A stretch of 64,000 nucleotides of DNA from Planctomycetota bacterium (GTDB taxonomy: Bacteria; Planctomycetota; UBA11346), in assembly GCA_038231435.1 (NCBI GenBank), contig JBBRLJ010000004.1, positions 64,001 through 128,000 of the forward strand, written 5' to 3'. The notes under the pieces are model-generated. The model did not search any database and was not told the DNA's origin. It was given only the letters and a program-made list of their open reading frames with translations. A program made the position numbers and the translations under genes. Each line of letters opens with the position of its first letter. The stretch's first letter is position 1. This document shows, piece after piece, positions 18,641-29,289 of this stretch.

Positions 18641-19540
18641 ATGGCCAACCTCAGAGATCTCCGCAAGCGCCGCAAGAGCACCGCGAACACGCGTAAGATC
18701 ACGCGTACGATGGAGCTGGTGGCGTCGGCGAAGCTCAAGAAGGCCCAGGACGCCGCGGCCGCCTCGCGGCCGTACGCCGAAGGCCTGCGCGAGCTGGTCG
18801 CGCAGATCTCGGCCGCCGCGGGCAGCGGTTCGGCGCACGCGTTGATGAAGGCGCGCCCCGAGGGCAAGAAGGTGGCGATCCTGCTCGCGTCCTCCGATCG
18901 CGGCCTCGCCGGCGCGTTCAACGCCAACCTGGTGATGAAGGCCATCCAGCGCGCCAAGGTCCACCAGGCCGCCGGCCGCACCGTCGAGTTCGTCGCGCTC
19001 GGCAAGAAGGGCGGCAGCACGCTCGGCTTCTTCGGCTACACCCCCACCGAGACCCACACCGGCATCGTCGGGGCCACGCAGTACCATCACGCCGACAAGG
19101 TCGCCGGCCCGGTGATCCAGCGCTTCCTCAAGGGCCAGGTCGACATCGTCGAAGTCGTCTACGCGCGCTTCATCAGCGCCGCTCGCCAGGTGCCCGACAG
19201 CTATGTGATGCTGCCGGTTGGCGCCGATGCGCCGGCCGATGCCTCGGCCAAGGACTCGCCGAAGAAAGTCGCCAAGCCGAACTTCGACTACATCTACATC
19301 CCCGAGCCCGAAGAGCTGCTCGCGGCGATCATCCCGCTGACGGTCACCACCGCGCTGTTCTCGGCGCTCCTGCAGACCACCGCCGCCGAGCACGCCGCTC
19401 GCCGCGTGGCGATGAAGAACGCCACCGACGCCGCCGCCGACATGGTCAAGGCCATCTCCGGCGCCTATAACCGTGGCCGCCAGGGCAAGATCACCCAAGA
19501 GATCGCCGAGATCGTCGGCGCGGTCGAGGCGATGGCGTGA
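18641..19540 (+). CDS. atpG: F0F1 ATP synthase subunit gamma
   Basis: KITRTMELVASAK, SDRGLAGAFN, EHAARRVAMKNATD, RQGKITQEIAEI. Confidence 0.98.
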   Translation: MANLRDLRKRRKSTANTRKITRTMELVASAKLKKAQDAAAASRPYAEGLRELVAQISAAAGSGSAHALMKARPEGKKVAILLASSDRGLAGAFNANLVMKAIQRAKVHQAAGRTVEFVALGKKGGSTLGFFGYTPTETHTGIVGATQYHHADKVAGPVIQRFLKGQVDIVEVVYARFISAARQVPDSYVMLPVGADAPADASAKDSPKKVAKPNFDYIYIPEPEELLAAIIPLTVTTALFSALLQTTAAEHAARRVAMKNATDAAADMVKAISGAYNRGRQGKITQEIAEIVGAVEAMA

Positions 19541-19602
19541 TTGTCCACCGCTCCACCATCAGCATCCACTTCCGCGCATTCCTCGACGCCAGTCTCGGCT
19601 AA

Positions 19603-21141
<1,539 letters not shown>

Positions 21142-21194
21142 CTGTCGGTTGGGGGGCTACGCCCCCCAACATCGCCCTCCGGGCTGCCCCCCAG
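21142..21194 (+). repeat. REP-like double-hairpin element, copy A
   Basis: CTGTCG GTTGGGGGGC-TAC-GCCCCCCAAC ATC GCCC-TCC-GGGC TGCCCCCCAG; homologous to copies at 30082-30136 and 58851-58898. Confidence 0.85.
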
Positions 21195-21254
21195 ACGGCA
21201 AGAGGGGTTGGGATTCAGGAATCGGAACCGACGAACTCGTAAGGTGCGCGACCC

Positions 21255-21644
21255 ATGACCTTCAAGGTGCACATCATCACGCCCGAGAAGGCGCTGCCCG
21301 AGCTGGACGCCGACCATGTGACCATCGTGGCCGTCGACGGCCAAGTGGGCATCCGCACCGATCACGCGCCCCTGGTGGCGCTGATCGCCGAGAAGGACGG
21401 CTACGCGATGATCAAGACCTTCGGCAAGGAGGGCTACCGCGCCTTCGCGCTGAAGGGCGGCGTCGCGCAGATGTTGAACAACCAGCTCAAGATCCTCTCG
21501 CCGCGTGCGGTGGATGTGCATCAGCTCGATACCGCCGCGACGTCGAAGAAGGCCGAGGCCGCGAAGGATGACGGCGAGCGCGCGTGGCTGCAGCATCAGC
21601 TGGCGGTGGCGGCGATCTGGCCGGCGCCTACTGCGCACGTTTGA
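21255..21644 (+). CDS. atpC: F0F1 ATP synthase subunit epsilon
   Basis: FKVHIITPEK, GQVGI..DHAPL, GGVAQM. Confidence 0.93.
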   Translation: MTFKVHIITPEKALPELDADHVTIVAVDGQVGIRTDHAPLVALIAEKDGYAMIKTFGKEGYRAFALKGGVAQMLNNQLKILSPRAVDVHQLDTAATSKKAEAAKDDGERAWLQHQLAVAAIWPAPTAHV

Positions 21645-21651
21645 AGGCAGA

Positions 21652-21739
21652 GAAGACGGAAGTCTGAAGATCGAAGACCGGACACGTTTTCCGGCGTTCA
21701 CGTGCGTCTTGGCTCTCTCCTCTTCCGTCTTCCGTCTTC
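21652..21739. repeat. inverted heptamer array element 1 (GAAG arm then CTTC arm)
   Basis: GAAGACG GAAGTCT GAAGATC GAAGACC ... CCTCTTC CGTCTTC CGTCTTC between convergent atpC and transglutaminase gene. Confidence 0.85.
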
Positions 21740-21760
21740 TCCGCTGTCCCCTGTCCAGCC

Positions 21761-23269
21761 TTACGGCAACGTCTCGATGTCCTTGCCCATCACCGAGGCG
21801 AGGTTCTTGAGCATGACCGCGGGGGTGGATTCGTCGTCCTTGCCGGTGGTCGAGGCGAGTTTGATGTAGCAGCTGCGGGCCATGCCCGGATAGGCACTGT
21901 CGAGATGGGCCCAGTGGCCGTCGACGTAGGCGCTGTTCCAGGCGTGGCCGACCCAGCCGCCATGGTCGGCCGAGAATACCATGCCTACCTCGATACGCGC
22001 GGGGATGCCGGCGATGCGCAGCGCGGCACACAGCAGCGCCGCGTGCTCGGTGCAGTCGCCATGGCGCGAACGGAAGGTCGCCAGCGCCGAACCATCGCCG
22101 ACGCTCAGGTCGCGCTTGAGGTAGGCACGCACCGCCAAGCGCAGATCCTCGGCCACGTCCGCCTGCGTCACCGCATCGGCCGGCGAGACCGCGCGCGCCT
22201 GGGGCGCTGAGGTCACGTCATCCACCCACTGGCGCATCGCGGGATCGTCGATCTCGAGGTGCGGCTCGGCCTTCAGGTACTCCTCGCGCTCGGCGAGCGC
22301 GCTGGGGACCGCTTCCGAGACCACGGTGAGCACGCCCTCATCCAGATGCTGGAACTCGTCCTCGGCGGCGATCCCGCCTTCCGGCAAGCGGTAGCGGTTC
22401 ACGGCGGCCGGCTTCGGTGCCGGACCCGTGGCGGTCACCAGGCCGGTGGCGGCCATGTCGGCCCCGAGCAGCGAGACCGGGCCGTCGGACGGCTTCAGCT
22501 CGAGCTTGAAGATCGCCAGGTTCATCGTCATCCCGAGCAGGTCGCCCTTGGGCGAGAGCAGCATGCGCATGGGGATGGGCATCACGTCGGTGACCAGGTC
22601 GAAGGCCCGTCCGCCGACAGCGTCGACGCCCGAGTAGGTCGCGGTGCTGGTCACGATCATCACACGATCGTTAACCAGGCCGACCGAGACGAAGCTCTGC
22701 GCCTCGCCGGCCTTGAGGTCGGCCCGGCACAACAGCTCCTGGCTGCGGCGATCGCCGACCAGCTCGGTGCCGGCAGACAGCGGCAGATCGAAGTCGGTCT
22801 TGCGTCCGAGGCGATGCAGGGTCGCGATCACGTGGCGGGCATCGCCTGACGCATCGCCTGACTTCTCGACCCGGCCCGAGGCGCTCGATCGCGTGCCGCT
22901 CTCTTCATGGTCGAAGCGGAAGGAGGTGATGTTGCCGGCGGCGCCTTCCTCGAACACCTGCGAATCGCGCACCTCGAGGCGGGTGTCGGCTTCGGCCGGC
23001 GCTTTCTTCTCGGGCTTCTTCTTGGCGGGATCATCGAGGTTGCGCTTGATCACCAGCGCCATGTCGGTCGAGGTGGTGCGCGTACCGTCGGCGTGGCGCG
23101 TACACACCTCGTGCAGCGATACCGCCGGATGGCCATTGAGCTCGCCGACGAACCATTGGTCGGTCTCAAGCTGATCGCCTCCCGAGGGTGCTTCCTGGGA
23201 TGAGGCCGTAGTGGCGAGCACGACGACCGAGAGCACGGCGAGGACGGTGGAGAACAGGATTCGGCGCAT
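21761..23269 (-). CDS. exported transglutaminase-like domain protein
   Basis: Signal peptide; GDCTEHA..LRIAGIPAR, GHAW, W..LD catalytic Cys-His-Asp pattern. Confidence 0.88.
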   Translation of the reverse strand: MRRILFSTVLAVLSVVVLATTASSQEAPSGGDQLETDQWFVGELNGHPAVSLHEVCTRHADGTRTTSTDMALVIKRNLDDPAKKKPEKKAPAEADTRLEVRDSQVFEEGAAGNITSFRFDHEESGTRSSASGRVEKSGDASGDARHVIATLHRLGRKTDFDLPLSAGTELVGDRRSQELLCRADLKAGEAQSFVSVGLVNDRVMIVTSTATYSGVDAVGGRAFDLVTDVMPIPMRMLLSPKGDLLGMTMNLAIFKLELKPSDGPVSLLGADMAATGLVTATGPAPKPAAVNRYRLPEGGIAAEDEFQHLDEGVLTVVSEAVPSALAEREEYLKAEPHLEIDDPAMRQWVDDVTSAPQARAVSPADAVTQADVAEDLRLAVRAYLKRDLSVGDGSALATFRSRHGDCTEHAALLCAALRIAGIPARIEVGMVFSADHGGWVGHAWNSAYVDGHWAHLDSAYPGMARSCYIKLASTTGKDDESTPAVMLKNLASVMGKDIETLP

Positions 23270-23275
23270 GCCACG

Positions 23276-23281
23276 AGGCTA
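23276..23281 (-). promoter_or_regulatory. putative -10 box (TAGCCT, extended TGn) of a leaderless transcript
   Basis: TGCTAGCCT, 6 nt, then ATG 23269; no SD. Confidence 0.55.
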
Positions 23282-23311
23282 GCACCGAGGCCGGCAAGGA
23301 AAGGGATGGGG

Positions 23312-23333
23312 CCGAGGATCCAGGGATCCTCGG
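23312..23333. terminator. hairpin between rnhA and transglutaminase gene
   Basis: CCGAGGATC-CAGG-GATCCTCGG inverted repeat; weak U-tract. Confidence 0.4.
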
Positions 23334-23403
23334 TGTTTCTACGCGCCTAGCGTCTCGCGACTCGACGTCTGTTCGCGGCTCTGCGTCTGGCCCGCTGCTG
23401 CCG

Positions 23404-23895
23404 TCACCCCGTCCACATCACCCGTTTCTCGTAGCTGGGGTGCTCGCCCCTGGCGATCGCATCCATGGCCTGGTTCGCCAAGGCATCGACGCGTTCGTTG
23501 CCGGGATTGCCGTCGTGCCCACGCACCCACTGCCACGCGATGCGGTGACCCGCGAGCAGACGATCGAGCTCCTGCAGGAGCTCGACGTTCTTGAGCGGGC
23601 CCTCCTTGCGCTTCCACCCCCGCGCCTTCCAGCCGGGAATCCATTCGCTCGCGGACTTGATCACGTACTGGCTGTCGCTGTGGATGAGCGCCGAGGTGCC
23701 GGGCTTCTTCAGCGAGCGGATCGCCATGATGGCGCCCATCAGCTCCATCTTGTTGTTGGTGGTCTCAGACTCACCACCGCAGCGCTCGAGCGCCTCGCCG
23801 GTCTTGGGATTGATGATCAGACACGCCCATGCGCCCGGCCCGGGATTGCCCCGGCAACCGCCGTCGGAGTACGCGATGACTTCGTGAGCGCTCAC
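23404..23895 (-). CDS. rnhA: ribonuclease HI
   Basis: YSDGGCRGNPGPG, TTNNKMEL, SDSQYV, WVRGH.G..GNERVD.LA. Confidence 0.97.
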   Translation of the reverse strand: MSAHEVIAYSDGGCRGNPGPGAWACLIINPKTGEALERCGGESETTNNKMELMGAIMAIRSLKKPGTSALIHSDSQYVIKSASEWIPGWKARGWKRKEGPLKNVELLQELDRLLAGHRIAWQWVRGHDGNPGNERVDALANQAMDAIARGEHPSYEKRVMWTG

Positions 23896-23902
23896 GGGCG
23901 CG

Positions 23903-23908
23903 ACGCTA
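23903..23908 (-). promoter_or_regulatory. putative -10 box (TAGCGT) of leaderless rnhA
   Basis: TAGCGT, 7 nt, then GTG 23895; TTGCCA lies 15 nt upstream of the -10. Confidence 0.5.
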
Positions 23909-23956
23909 CCCGCGGCCCGGGCGTGGCAAGCCCGAGCGCGCTCCGATCACGCGATC

Positions 23957-25132
23957 TCACTCCGGCCCGCGCCGGTCGGGAGCAGGTGCGTCCTCGCCAT
24001 CGGCGACGTCGTCGCGGTAGCCCGCGCGGAAGGCGTCGGCGAACGCGGCGAAGCGGTCCTGGCGGATCGCCGCACGGCAGCGCGCCATCAGCTGGCGGTA
24101 GTAGGCGAGGTTGTGCAGCGACAGCAGCGTGCCGCCGAGGTGCTCGCCGCTGCGTAGCAGGTGGTGGAGGTAGCCGCGGCTGTGGCGGCTGGCCGCGCTC
24201 GGGGTCTGCGCATCGATCGGACTGGTGTCGCGAGCGCTCTCGGCGCGCTTGATGCGCTGCGGGCCGGCATCGGTGTAGGCGGTGCCATGGCGGCCCATGC
24301 GTGTGGGCAGCACGCAGTCGAATTGATCGATGCCGCGCGCGATCGCCTCGACCAGGTCGAGCGGCGTGCCGACGCCCATCAGGTAGCGCGGTTTGCCCGC
24401 CGGCAGCACCGGCGCGATCCAGTCGATCACGCGCATCCGCTCCTGGGCGCTCTCGCCCACCGCTAGCCCGCCGAGCGCGTAGCCGGGGAGATCGTGGCGC
24501 AGCGCATCCTCGGCCGATCGTTCGCGCAGATCACGGTGCAGGCCGCCCTGGACGATGCCGTAGAGCGCCTGCGACCCCGCGCCGCCATGTTCGCCGGCGG
24601 CACGCCACGCGGCCACCGAACGCTCGAGCCACAGTGCGGTGCGGCGCGTCGCCTGATCCACCTGCGCGCGCTCCGCCGACGAGGGCGGGCATTCATCGAA
24701 GGCCATGATCATGTCGGCGCCGAGCGTGCGTTGGATGCCCACGCTCTCCTCGGGGCCGAGCATCAGCGCGGCGCCGTCGAGATGGCTGCGGAACGACACG
24801 CCCTGGTCGGTGATGATGCGATTCGCGGCCAGGCTGAACACCTGGTAGCCGCCCGAATCGGTGAGCATCGGGCCGCGCCAGCCGGCGAAGGCGTGCAATC
24901 CGCCGAGTGCTCGCACCGTCGCCGCGCCTGGACGCAGCGCGAGATGATAGGTGTTCGCGAGCATCACCCCCTGCCCGAGCGCCTCGGCCTGCTCGGCGGT
25001 GACCCCCTTCAGACCGCCGAGCGTCGCCACCGCCATGAAGCACGGCGTCGGCACGCTGCCATGCGGCGTGGTCAGGATCCCGGCCCGGGCCGAGCCGGAG
25101 ACGGCGGAGATGGTGAAGGTAAGGGAGTTCAC
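23957..25132 (-). CDS. tgt: tRNA-guanine transglycosylase
   Basis: NTYHL..RPG, TDSGGYQVFSL, MAFDECP, GIVQGG, GLAVGE, RYLMGVG, FDCVLPTR, HNL. Confidence 0.96.
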   Translation of the reverse strand: MNSLTFTISAVSGSARAGILTTPHGSVPTPCFMAVATLGGLKGVTAEQAEALGQGVMLANTYHLALRPGAATVRALGGLHAFAGWRGPMLTDSGGYQVFSLAANRIITDQGVSFRSHLDGAALMLGPEESVGIQRTLGADMIMAFDECPPSSAERAQVDQATRRTALWLERSVAAWRAAGEHGGAGSQALYGIVQGGLHRDLRERSAEDALRHDLPGYALGGLAVGESAQERMRVIDWIAPVLPAGKPRYLMGVGTPLDLVEAIARGIDQFDCVLPTRMGRHGTAYTDAGPQRIKRAESARDTSPIDAQTPSAASRHSRGYLHHLLRSGEHLGGTLLSLHNLAYYRQLMARCRAAIRQDRFAAFADAFRAGYRDDVADGEDAPAPDRRGPE

Positions 25133-25142
25133 GGCGGGAGTG

Positions 25143-25314
25143 GATGTCGGTCGTCGGTTGTCGGGCTTCAGTCTGCGATCTTCGGTCTTCAGTCTTCGAT
25201 CTTCGATTGTCGAACTTCTAGCCTTCGCACGTTCCCTGCATCTCGAAGCACGTGGAGAAAGCAGGAGAAGAGGGAAGATGGAAGACCGAAGACGGAAGAT
25301 CGAAGAGGAAGACA
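25143..25314. repeat. inverted heptamer array element 2 (CTTC arm then GAAG arm)
   Basis: About 11 units with 7-bp period 25143-25219 (GTTGTCG GGCTTCA ... ATCTTCG GTCTTCA GTCTTCG ATCTTCG) and 7 units GAAGAGG GAAGATG GAAGACC GAAGACG GAAGATC GAAGAG GAAGACA at 25267-25314. Confidence 0.9.
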
Positions 25315-25339
25315 GCTGTCGTGAATCCCCAGGATCTCT

Positions 25340-26818
25340 TCACCACTTCGTGACCAGCTGGATGTCCTGGTAGAACGCCTTCAGTATTTCCGGCGCGAGA
25401 TACTTCTCGTTCGCCATCTCCCAGGCGCTGATCTGGCTCATGCCCACGCCATGGCCGAAGCCGATGGAGGTGATCTGGTAGGTGATGGTGCGCTTGCCTT
25501 CGCTGGATTCGATGCGCTTGGGGCTGTCGGCGCTCCACAGCGTCGAGCGCAGCTGATTGGGGCCGACCAGCATGCGGAAGCTATGGGCGGGGATCTCGAT
25601 GGGATCAGCGGACAGGGTATGATCGACGAGCACGGTCTCGACGCGGTTCGAGCGCTTGTCGCGCCGGCCGACGCGCAGGTTGTGGATGTAGCCGACGTGC
25701 TTGCCTTCGGCCTCGAGCAGCTTCGACAGCTTGAGCTGCAGGTCGCTGGGCTTGATCACCGTGGTGTACGTCCAGTGGGATCCCATGTAGCCCAGGCCCT
25801 CGGCGCCGAGCTGGCAGAAGCGATCCGGATGCGCGGTCATCACCAGCCCGAGCGGCACGCGGCCGAAGACGTCGCGCGAGTTTGGCAGGACGTTGTCGAT
25901 CGACTCGGTGTAGCCGCCGGAACTCGCGCAGAACAGCGGGGCGAAGGGATTGGTATGGTCCACCATGGTGACGACGCCGCGCGTCTCGCGAACCGCGCCG
26001 CGCACCGCGGCGTTGCCATTGCCGGTGCCGCGGTACTCCTGGTCGTCGGCGGTATCCATGACGTCATATTCGACGCGCGCATTGCGCGCGAGCGACTGGT
26101 GGGCGAAGGCGTAGCCGCGGCTGGCGATGGCCTGCGCCTTGAGCGCCTCGAGCGGATAGCTCGGCGACATCTCGACCGAGATGACGCCCTCGATGTAGGA
26201 TTCCATCGGCAAGCAGTTGATGGCCTCGATATCCTTCGCGCTGTGCCAGATCACCTCGAGCGAACCGCGGTAGCGGCCACCGGGAAGGGCGAACACCGCG
26301 TCGCGGTCTGCGGCCTCGAAGAGCGTCGGATCGCGCCGGGCCGGGTTGCTGGCCTGGGCGTTCGCCTCGGCGGTGGCCGTGGTGCTCGTCACCACCTCGG
26401 GCACGGTGCGGCTGGGTTGGACGCGCAGCGACGACACCGCCCAGGTGTAATCCTTGCCCCATTCCTTGCTGCCGAGCATCAGCCCGTCCTTGGTGTCGGA
26501 TTGGATGCGCAACGTGGAGCCAGCGTGCAGGGTGAGATGGAGCTGCGGGTCGTCGGGATTGTACGGCGTCACCACGTCGACGGTCTGCAGGATCGCGACG
26601 TCGAGCTTGTCGTAGGTGCGGATGGGATCCGGCGGTTGGCGGTTCAGCAGCAGCACGCGCACGCCCGGATCCTGGCCGGTGCCCGTGGCCAGCGGACCGC
26701 GCCCGTCGCGCGACGGGTCATCGATCAGGCCGCGCGTCAGGCTGATGCTGAAATACGCGAGCAGGCCGAGCAGGACCACCACCCGCACGATCTGGTTCAG
26801 CAAATCCCCGGACAACAT
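25340..26818 (-). CDS. SpoIID/LytB domain protein (peptidoglycan lytic transglycosylase)
   Basis: YRG.L, IN.LPMESY..GV..VEM, EALKAQAIASR, DQEYRG, FCASSGG.TE, GFGHGVGMSQ; N-terminal TM. Confidence 0.92.
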   Translation of the reverse strand: MLSGDLLNQIVRVVVLLGLLAYFSISLTRGLIDDPSRDGRGPLATGTGQDPGVRVLLLNRQPPDPIRTYDKLDVAILQTVDVVTPYNPDDPQLHLTLHAGSTLRIQSDTKDGLMLGSKEWGKDYTWAVSSLRVQPSRTVPEVVTSTTATAEANAQASNPARRDPTLFEAADRDAVFALPGGRYRGSLEVIWHSAKDIEAINCLPMESYIEGVISVEMSPSYPLEALKAQAIASRGYAFAHQSLARNARVEYDVMDTADDQEYRGTGNGNAAVRGAVRETRGVVTMVDHTNPFAPLFCASSGGYTESIDNVLPNSRDVFGRVPLGLVMTAHPDRFCQLGAEGLGYMGSHWTYTTVIKPSDLQLKLSKLLEAEGKHVGYIHNLRVGRRDKRSNRVETVLVDHTLSADPIEIPAHSFRMLVGPNQLRSTLWSADSPKRIESSEGKRTITYQITSIGFGHGVGMSQISAWEMANEKYLAPEILKAFYQDIQLVTKW

Positions 26819-26825
26819 CGTCGGA

Positions 26826-26831
26826 AAGGTA
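26826..26831 (-). promoter_or_regulatory. putative -10 box (TACCTT) of a leaderless transcript
   Basis: TACCTT, 7 nt, then ATG 26818. Confidence 0.45.
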
Positions 26832-26890
26832 TCGCGCTATGCCCCGCGCGCCAGCGGGCGGGGCGGGGCGTCGCACGCGACCGCAGCCGC

Positions 26891-27853
26891 CTACAGAGCG
26901 GACATGAACGCGCTGATGCGGTCCGACAGCCCCGGCAGGCCCTCGTGGCCGAAGTCGGGGAAGATGGCCAGCTCCTTGGGCGAAGTGATCTTGTTATAGG
27001 CCGCGAACTGGGTGGAGGGCGGGCAGATGGTGTCCATCAGGCCCACGCCCATCAGCACCGTTGCGCGGATGCGCTTGGCCAGGTGCTGGCAATCGATGTA
27101 GCCGAGGCGGGAGAAGATCGCGTCCTCGCGCTCGTGGTTGGGATCGAACTGCCGGAAATACGTCTTCAGTTCGTCGTAAGCGTCCTTGGCCAGATCCATC
27201 TCCCAGACCCGGCGGTAGTCGCACAGGAACGGATACACCGGCGCGGCCATGCGCACGCCCGGCTCGAGCGCCGCGCAGGCCAGGGTCAACGCCCCGCCCT
27301 GTGAGCCGCCGGTGGCCCCGACGCGCGCTGGATCCACCTCGGGAAAGCCCATGACGACGCGCGCGAGCTGCGCGGTGTCGAGGAAGATGTCGCGGAACAG
27401 CAGCTTGGCCGGGCTCGCGTCGTCGAGGCCGCGCACGATGTGGCCGCGCAGCGTGGTGCCATGCACGCCGCCGACATCCTCGGAGCGGCCGCCCTGGCCG
27501 CGGCAGTCGAGCACCGCGACGCAGTAGCCCTGGGCCACCCACGCGAGCTTGTCGAACCAGTCGCCGCTGTTGCCGCTGTAGCCGTGGAAGATCAGCATCG
27601 CCGGACAGCGCCCCGTCCGCTGGCGCGGCCGCAGGTACTTCGCGTGCACGCGCGCGCCGCCCATGCCGGTGAAGAAGAGGTCGAAGCATTCCGCCTCGCG
27701 AGGCGCGAACGGCGCGGGCCGCAGCTCGACCTTGGCGTCGAGCGCGCGCATCGCCGCGATCGACGAGTCCCAGAACGCGTCCATGTCCGGCGGGCACGGG
27801 TTGCGCCCGGCATAGGTCATCAGTTGGGCCAAGGGCATGTCGATCGCGGGCAT
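26891..27853 (-). CDS. acetylxylan esterase / cephalosporin-C deacetylase (CE7)
   Basis: FHGY, DCRGQ, GGSQGG nucleophile elbow, D..CPPSTQFAAYN, FGHE; start ATG 27853 with AGGAG RBS. Confidence 0.93.
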   Translation of the reverse strand: MPAIDMPLAQLMTYAGRNPCPPDMDAFWDSSIAAMRALDAKVELRPAPFAPREAECFDLFFTGMGGARVHAKYLRPRQRTGRCPAMLIFHGYSGNSGDWFDKLAWVAQGYCVAVLDCRGQGGRSEDVGGVHGTTLRGHIVRGLDDASPAKLLFRDIFLDTAQLARVVMGFPEVDPARVGATGGSQGGALTLACAALEPGVRMAAPVYPFLCDYRRVWEMDLAKDAYDELKTYFRQFDPNHEREDAIFSRLGYIDCQHLAKRIRATVLMGVGLMDTICPPSTQFAAYNKITSPKELAIFPDFGHEGLPGLSDRISAFMSAL

Positions 27854-27923
27854 GGGGACTCCTGGGCCGGGCTTATAGCCGAGGGCGGGGGAAGGAGAAG
27901 TTGGAAGGGGGAAAGGGGGGAAA

Positions 27924-28101
27924 GGGGAAGACAGAAGATGGAAGACGGAAGAACGAAGACCGGAAGACGCGACAGCATAGTCGGATGCGTCAGGCGGGAG
28001 CAGGAACCTCGCATGACGAAAACCTCCGACCAACCGTCTGGTCTCGTCTCTCTTCGATCTTCCATCTTCCATCTTCCCGTCCTCTGCCTTCTGTCTTCCC
28101 C
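27924..28101. repeat. inverted heptamer array element 3 (GAAG arm then CTTC arm)
   Basis: GAAGACA GAAGATG GAAGACG GAAGAAC GAAGACC ... GATCTTC CATCTTC CATCTTC ... TGCCTTC TGTCTTC; perfect outer 14-bp IR GGGGAAGACAGAAG / CTTCTGTCTTCCCC. Confidence 0.9.
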
Positions 28102-28116
28102 CTCCCCCTCCGCAGC

Positions 28117-28122
28117 TACCCT
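28117..28122 (+). promoter_or_regulatory. putative -10 box (TACCCT) of leaderless rnz
   Basis: TACCCT, 6 nt, then GTG 28129. Confidence 0.55.
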
Positions 28123-28128
28123 GTTTTC

Positions 28129-29121
28129 GTGCACATCACCTTCCTCGGCACCTCCGCCGGCGTGCCCACGCTCGGACGCAACGTCACCAGCCAGGCGGTG
28201 ACCTTCGATCATGGCGGGATTTGGCTGCTCGACTGCGGCGAGGCCACGCAGCACCAGCTGATGCGCGCGGGCCTCAGGCCGATGAAGATCGAGCGCATCC
28301 TGATCACGCACCTGCACGGCGATCACTGCTTCGGCTTGCCCGGCGTGCTCTCGACCATGGCGATCAATGGCCGCACCGAACCGGTGCGGTTGATCGGCCC
28401 GCGCGGCGTGCGCGAACTGATCGAGACCACCCTGCGCATCTCGGATTCGTTCATGCCCTTCTCGCTCGACATCACCGAGCTCGATCCGTTGAGCACTGGC
28501 CGCGAGCTCGGTACCTGGGATGGATGGACGGTCTCGTCGCACCCGCTGCCGCACCGCGTGCCGTGCTTCGGCTACTGCCTGACTGAAGGCGTGCGCCCCG
28601 GGCGCTTCCATCCGGATCGCGCCGAAGCGCTCGGCGTGCCTGCGGGGCGGCTCTTCGGCGAACTGCAGCGCGGGCGCGCGGTGACGCTCGCCGATGGCCG
28701 CGCCGTCCAGCCCAACCAGGTCGCCGATCCGCCGCGTCCGGGGCGCAAGTTGGTGCTGCTCGGCGACACCTCGGACCCGAGCGCGCTGCTCGAAGCGGGG
28801 AGCGACTGCGATCTGCTGGTCTGCGAGACCACCTATGATCGCGCCCGCGAGGACAAGGCCCGCCAATGGGGCCACAGCACCACGCGCATGACCGCGGACT
28901 TCGCCCACCGCCTGCGCGCGCGCGCGCTGATCATCACCCATTTCAGCAGCCGCTACACCGAAGGCGACGCCAGCGACGCGGCGCAGGGCGATGACGAGGA
29001 TGGCGTAGCGCCCACCCTGAGCGTCGATGACCTGCTCGCTGAAGCCGCCGAAGCCTGTCCGGGAACCACGGTCCTCGCCGCCCGCGATCTGTGGAAATAT
29101 ACGATCTCTGCGAAGGACTGA
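28129..29121 (+). CDS. rnz: ribonuclease Z
   Basis: FLGTSAGVP..GRN, DCGEATQ, THLHGDH, exosite GVP.G, GDT, GHST, THFSSRY; start GTG 28129. Confidence 0.95.
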   Translation: MHITFLGTSAGVPTLGRNVTSQAVTFDHGGIWLLDCGEATQHQLMRAGLRPMKIERILITHLHGDHCFGLPGVLSTMAINGRTEPVRLIGPRGVRELIETTLRISDSFMPFSLDITELDPLSTGRELGTWDGWTVSSHPLPHRVPCFGYCLTEGVRPGRFHPDRAEALGVPAGRLFGELQRGRAVTLADGRAVQPNQVADPPRPGRKLVLLGDTSDPSALLEAGSDCDLLVCETTYDRAREDKARQWGHSTTRMTADFAHRLRARALIITHFSSRYTEGDASDAAQGDDEDGVAPTLSVDDLLAEAAEACPGTTVLAARDLWKYTISAKD

Positions 29122-29158
29122 GGACGACGGAGCGTCGGTTTCTCGGCTGTCGGCTGAC

Positions 29159-29269
29159 CGGCTTCAAACTTCAATCTTCAGACTTCAATCTTCGGTCTTC
29201 CATCTTCCGTCTTCTGTATCCGTGCCACGGAGACGGCAGGAGAAGACGGAAGACCGAAGACCGAAGACT
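29159..29269. repeat. inverted heptamer array element 4 (CTTC arm then GAAG arm)
   Basis: 8 units CGGCTTC AAACTTC AATCTTC AGACTTC AATCTTC GGTCTTC CATCTTC CGTCTTC, spacer, then GAAGACG GAAGACC GAAGACC GAAGACT. Confidence 0.9.
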
Positions 29270-29289
29270 CGAGACCGGAGAGCGATTCC

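Noticed and set aside
21149..21254. Small ORF starting in the atpD-atpC spacer (MGGYAPQHRPPGCP...)
   Set aside because: It is a translation of REP-like copy A running out of frame into atpC
27901..28128. N-terminal extensions of rnz and the CE7 esterase given by the ORF track
   Set aside because: They merely translate heptamer element 3 (KTEDGRR-type text); family homology begins at 28129 and 27853
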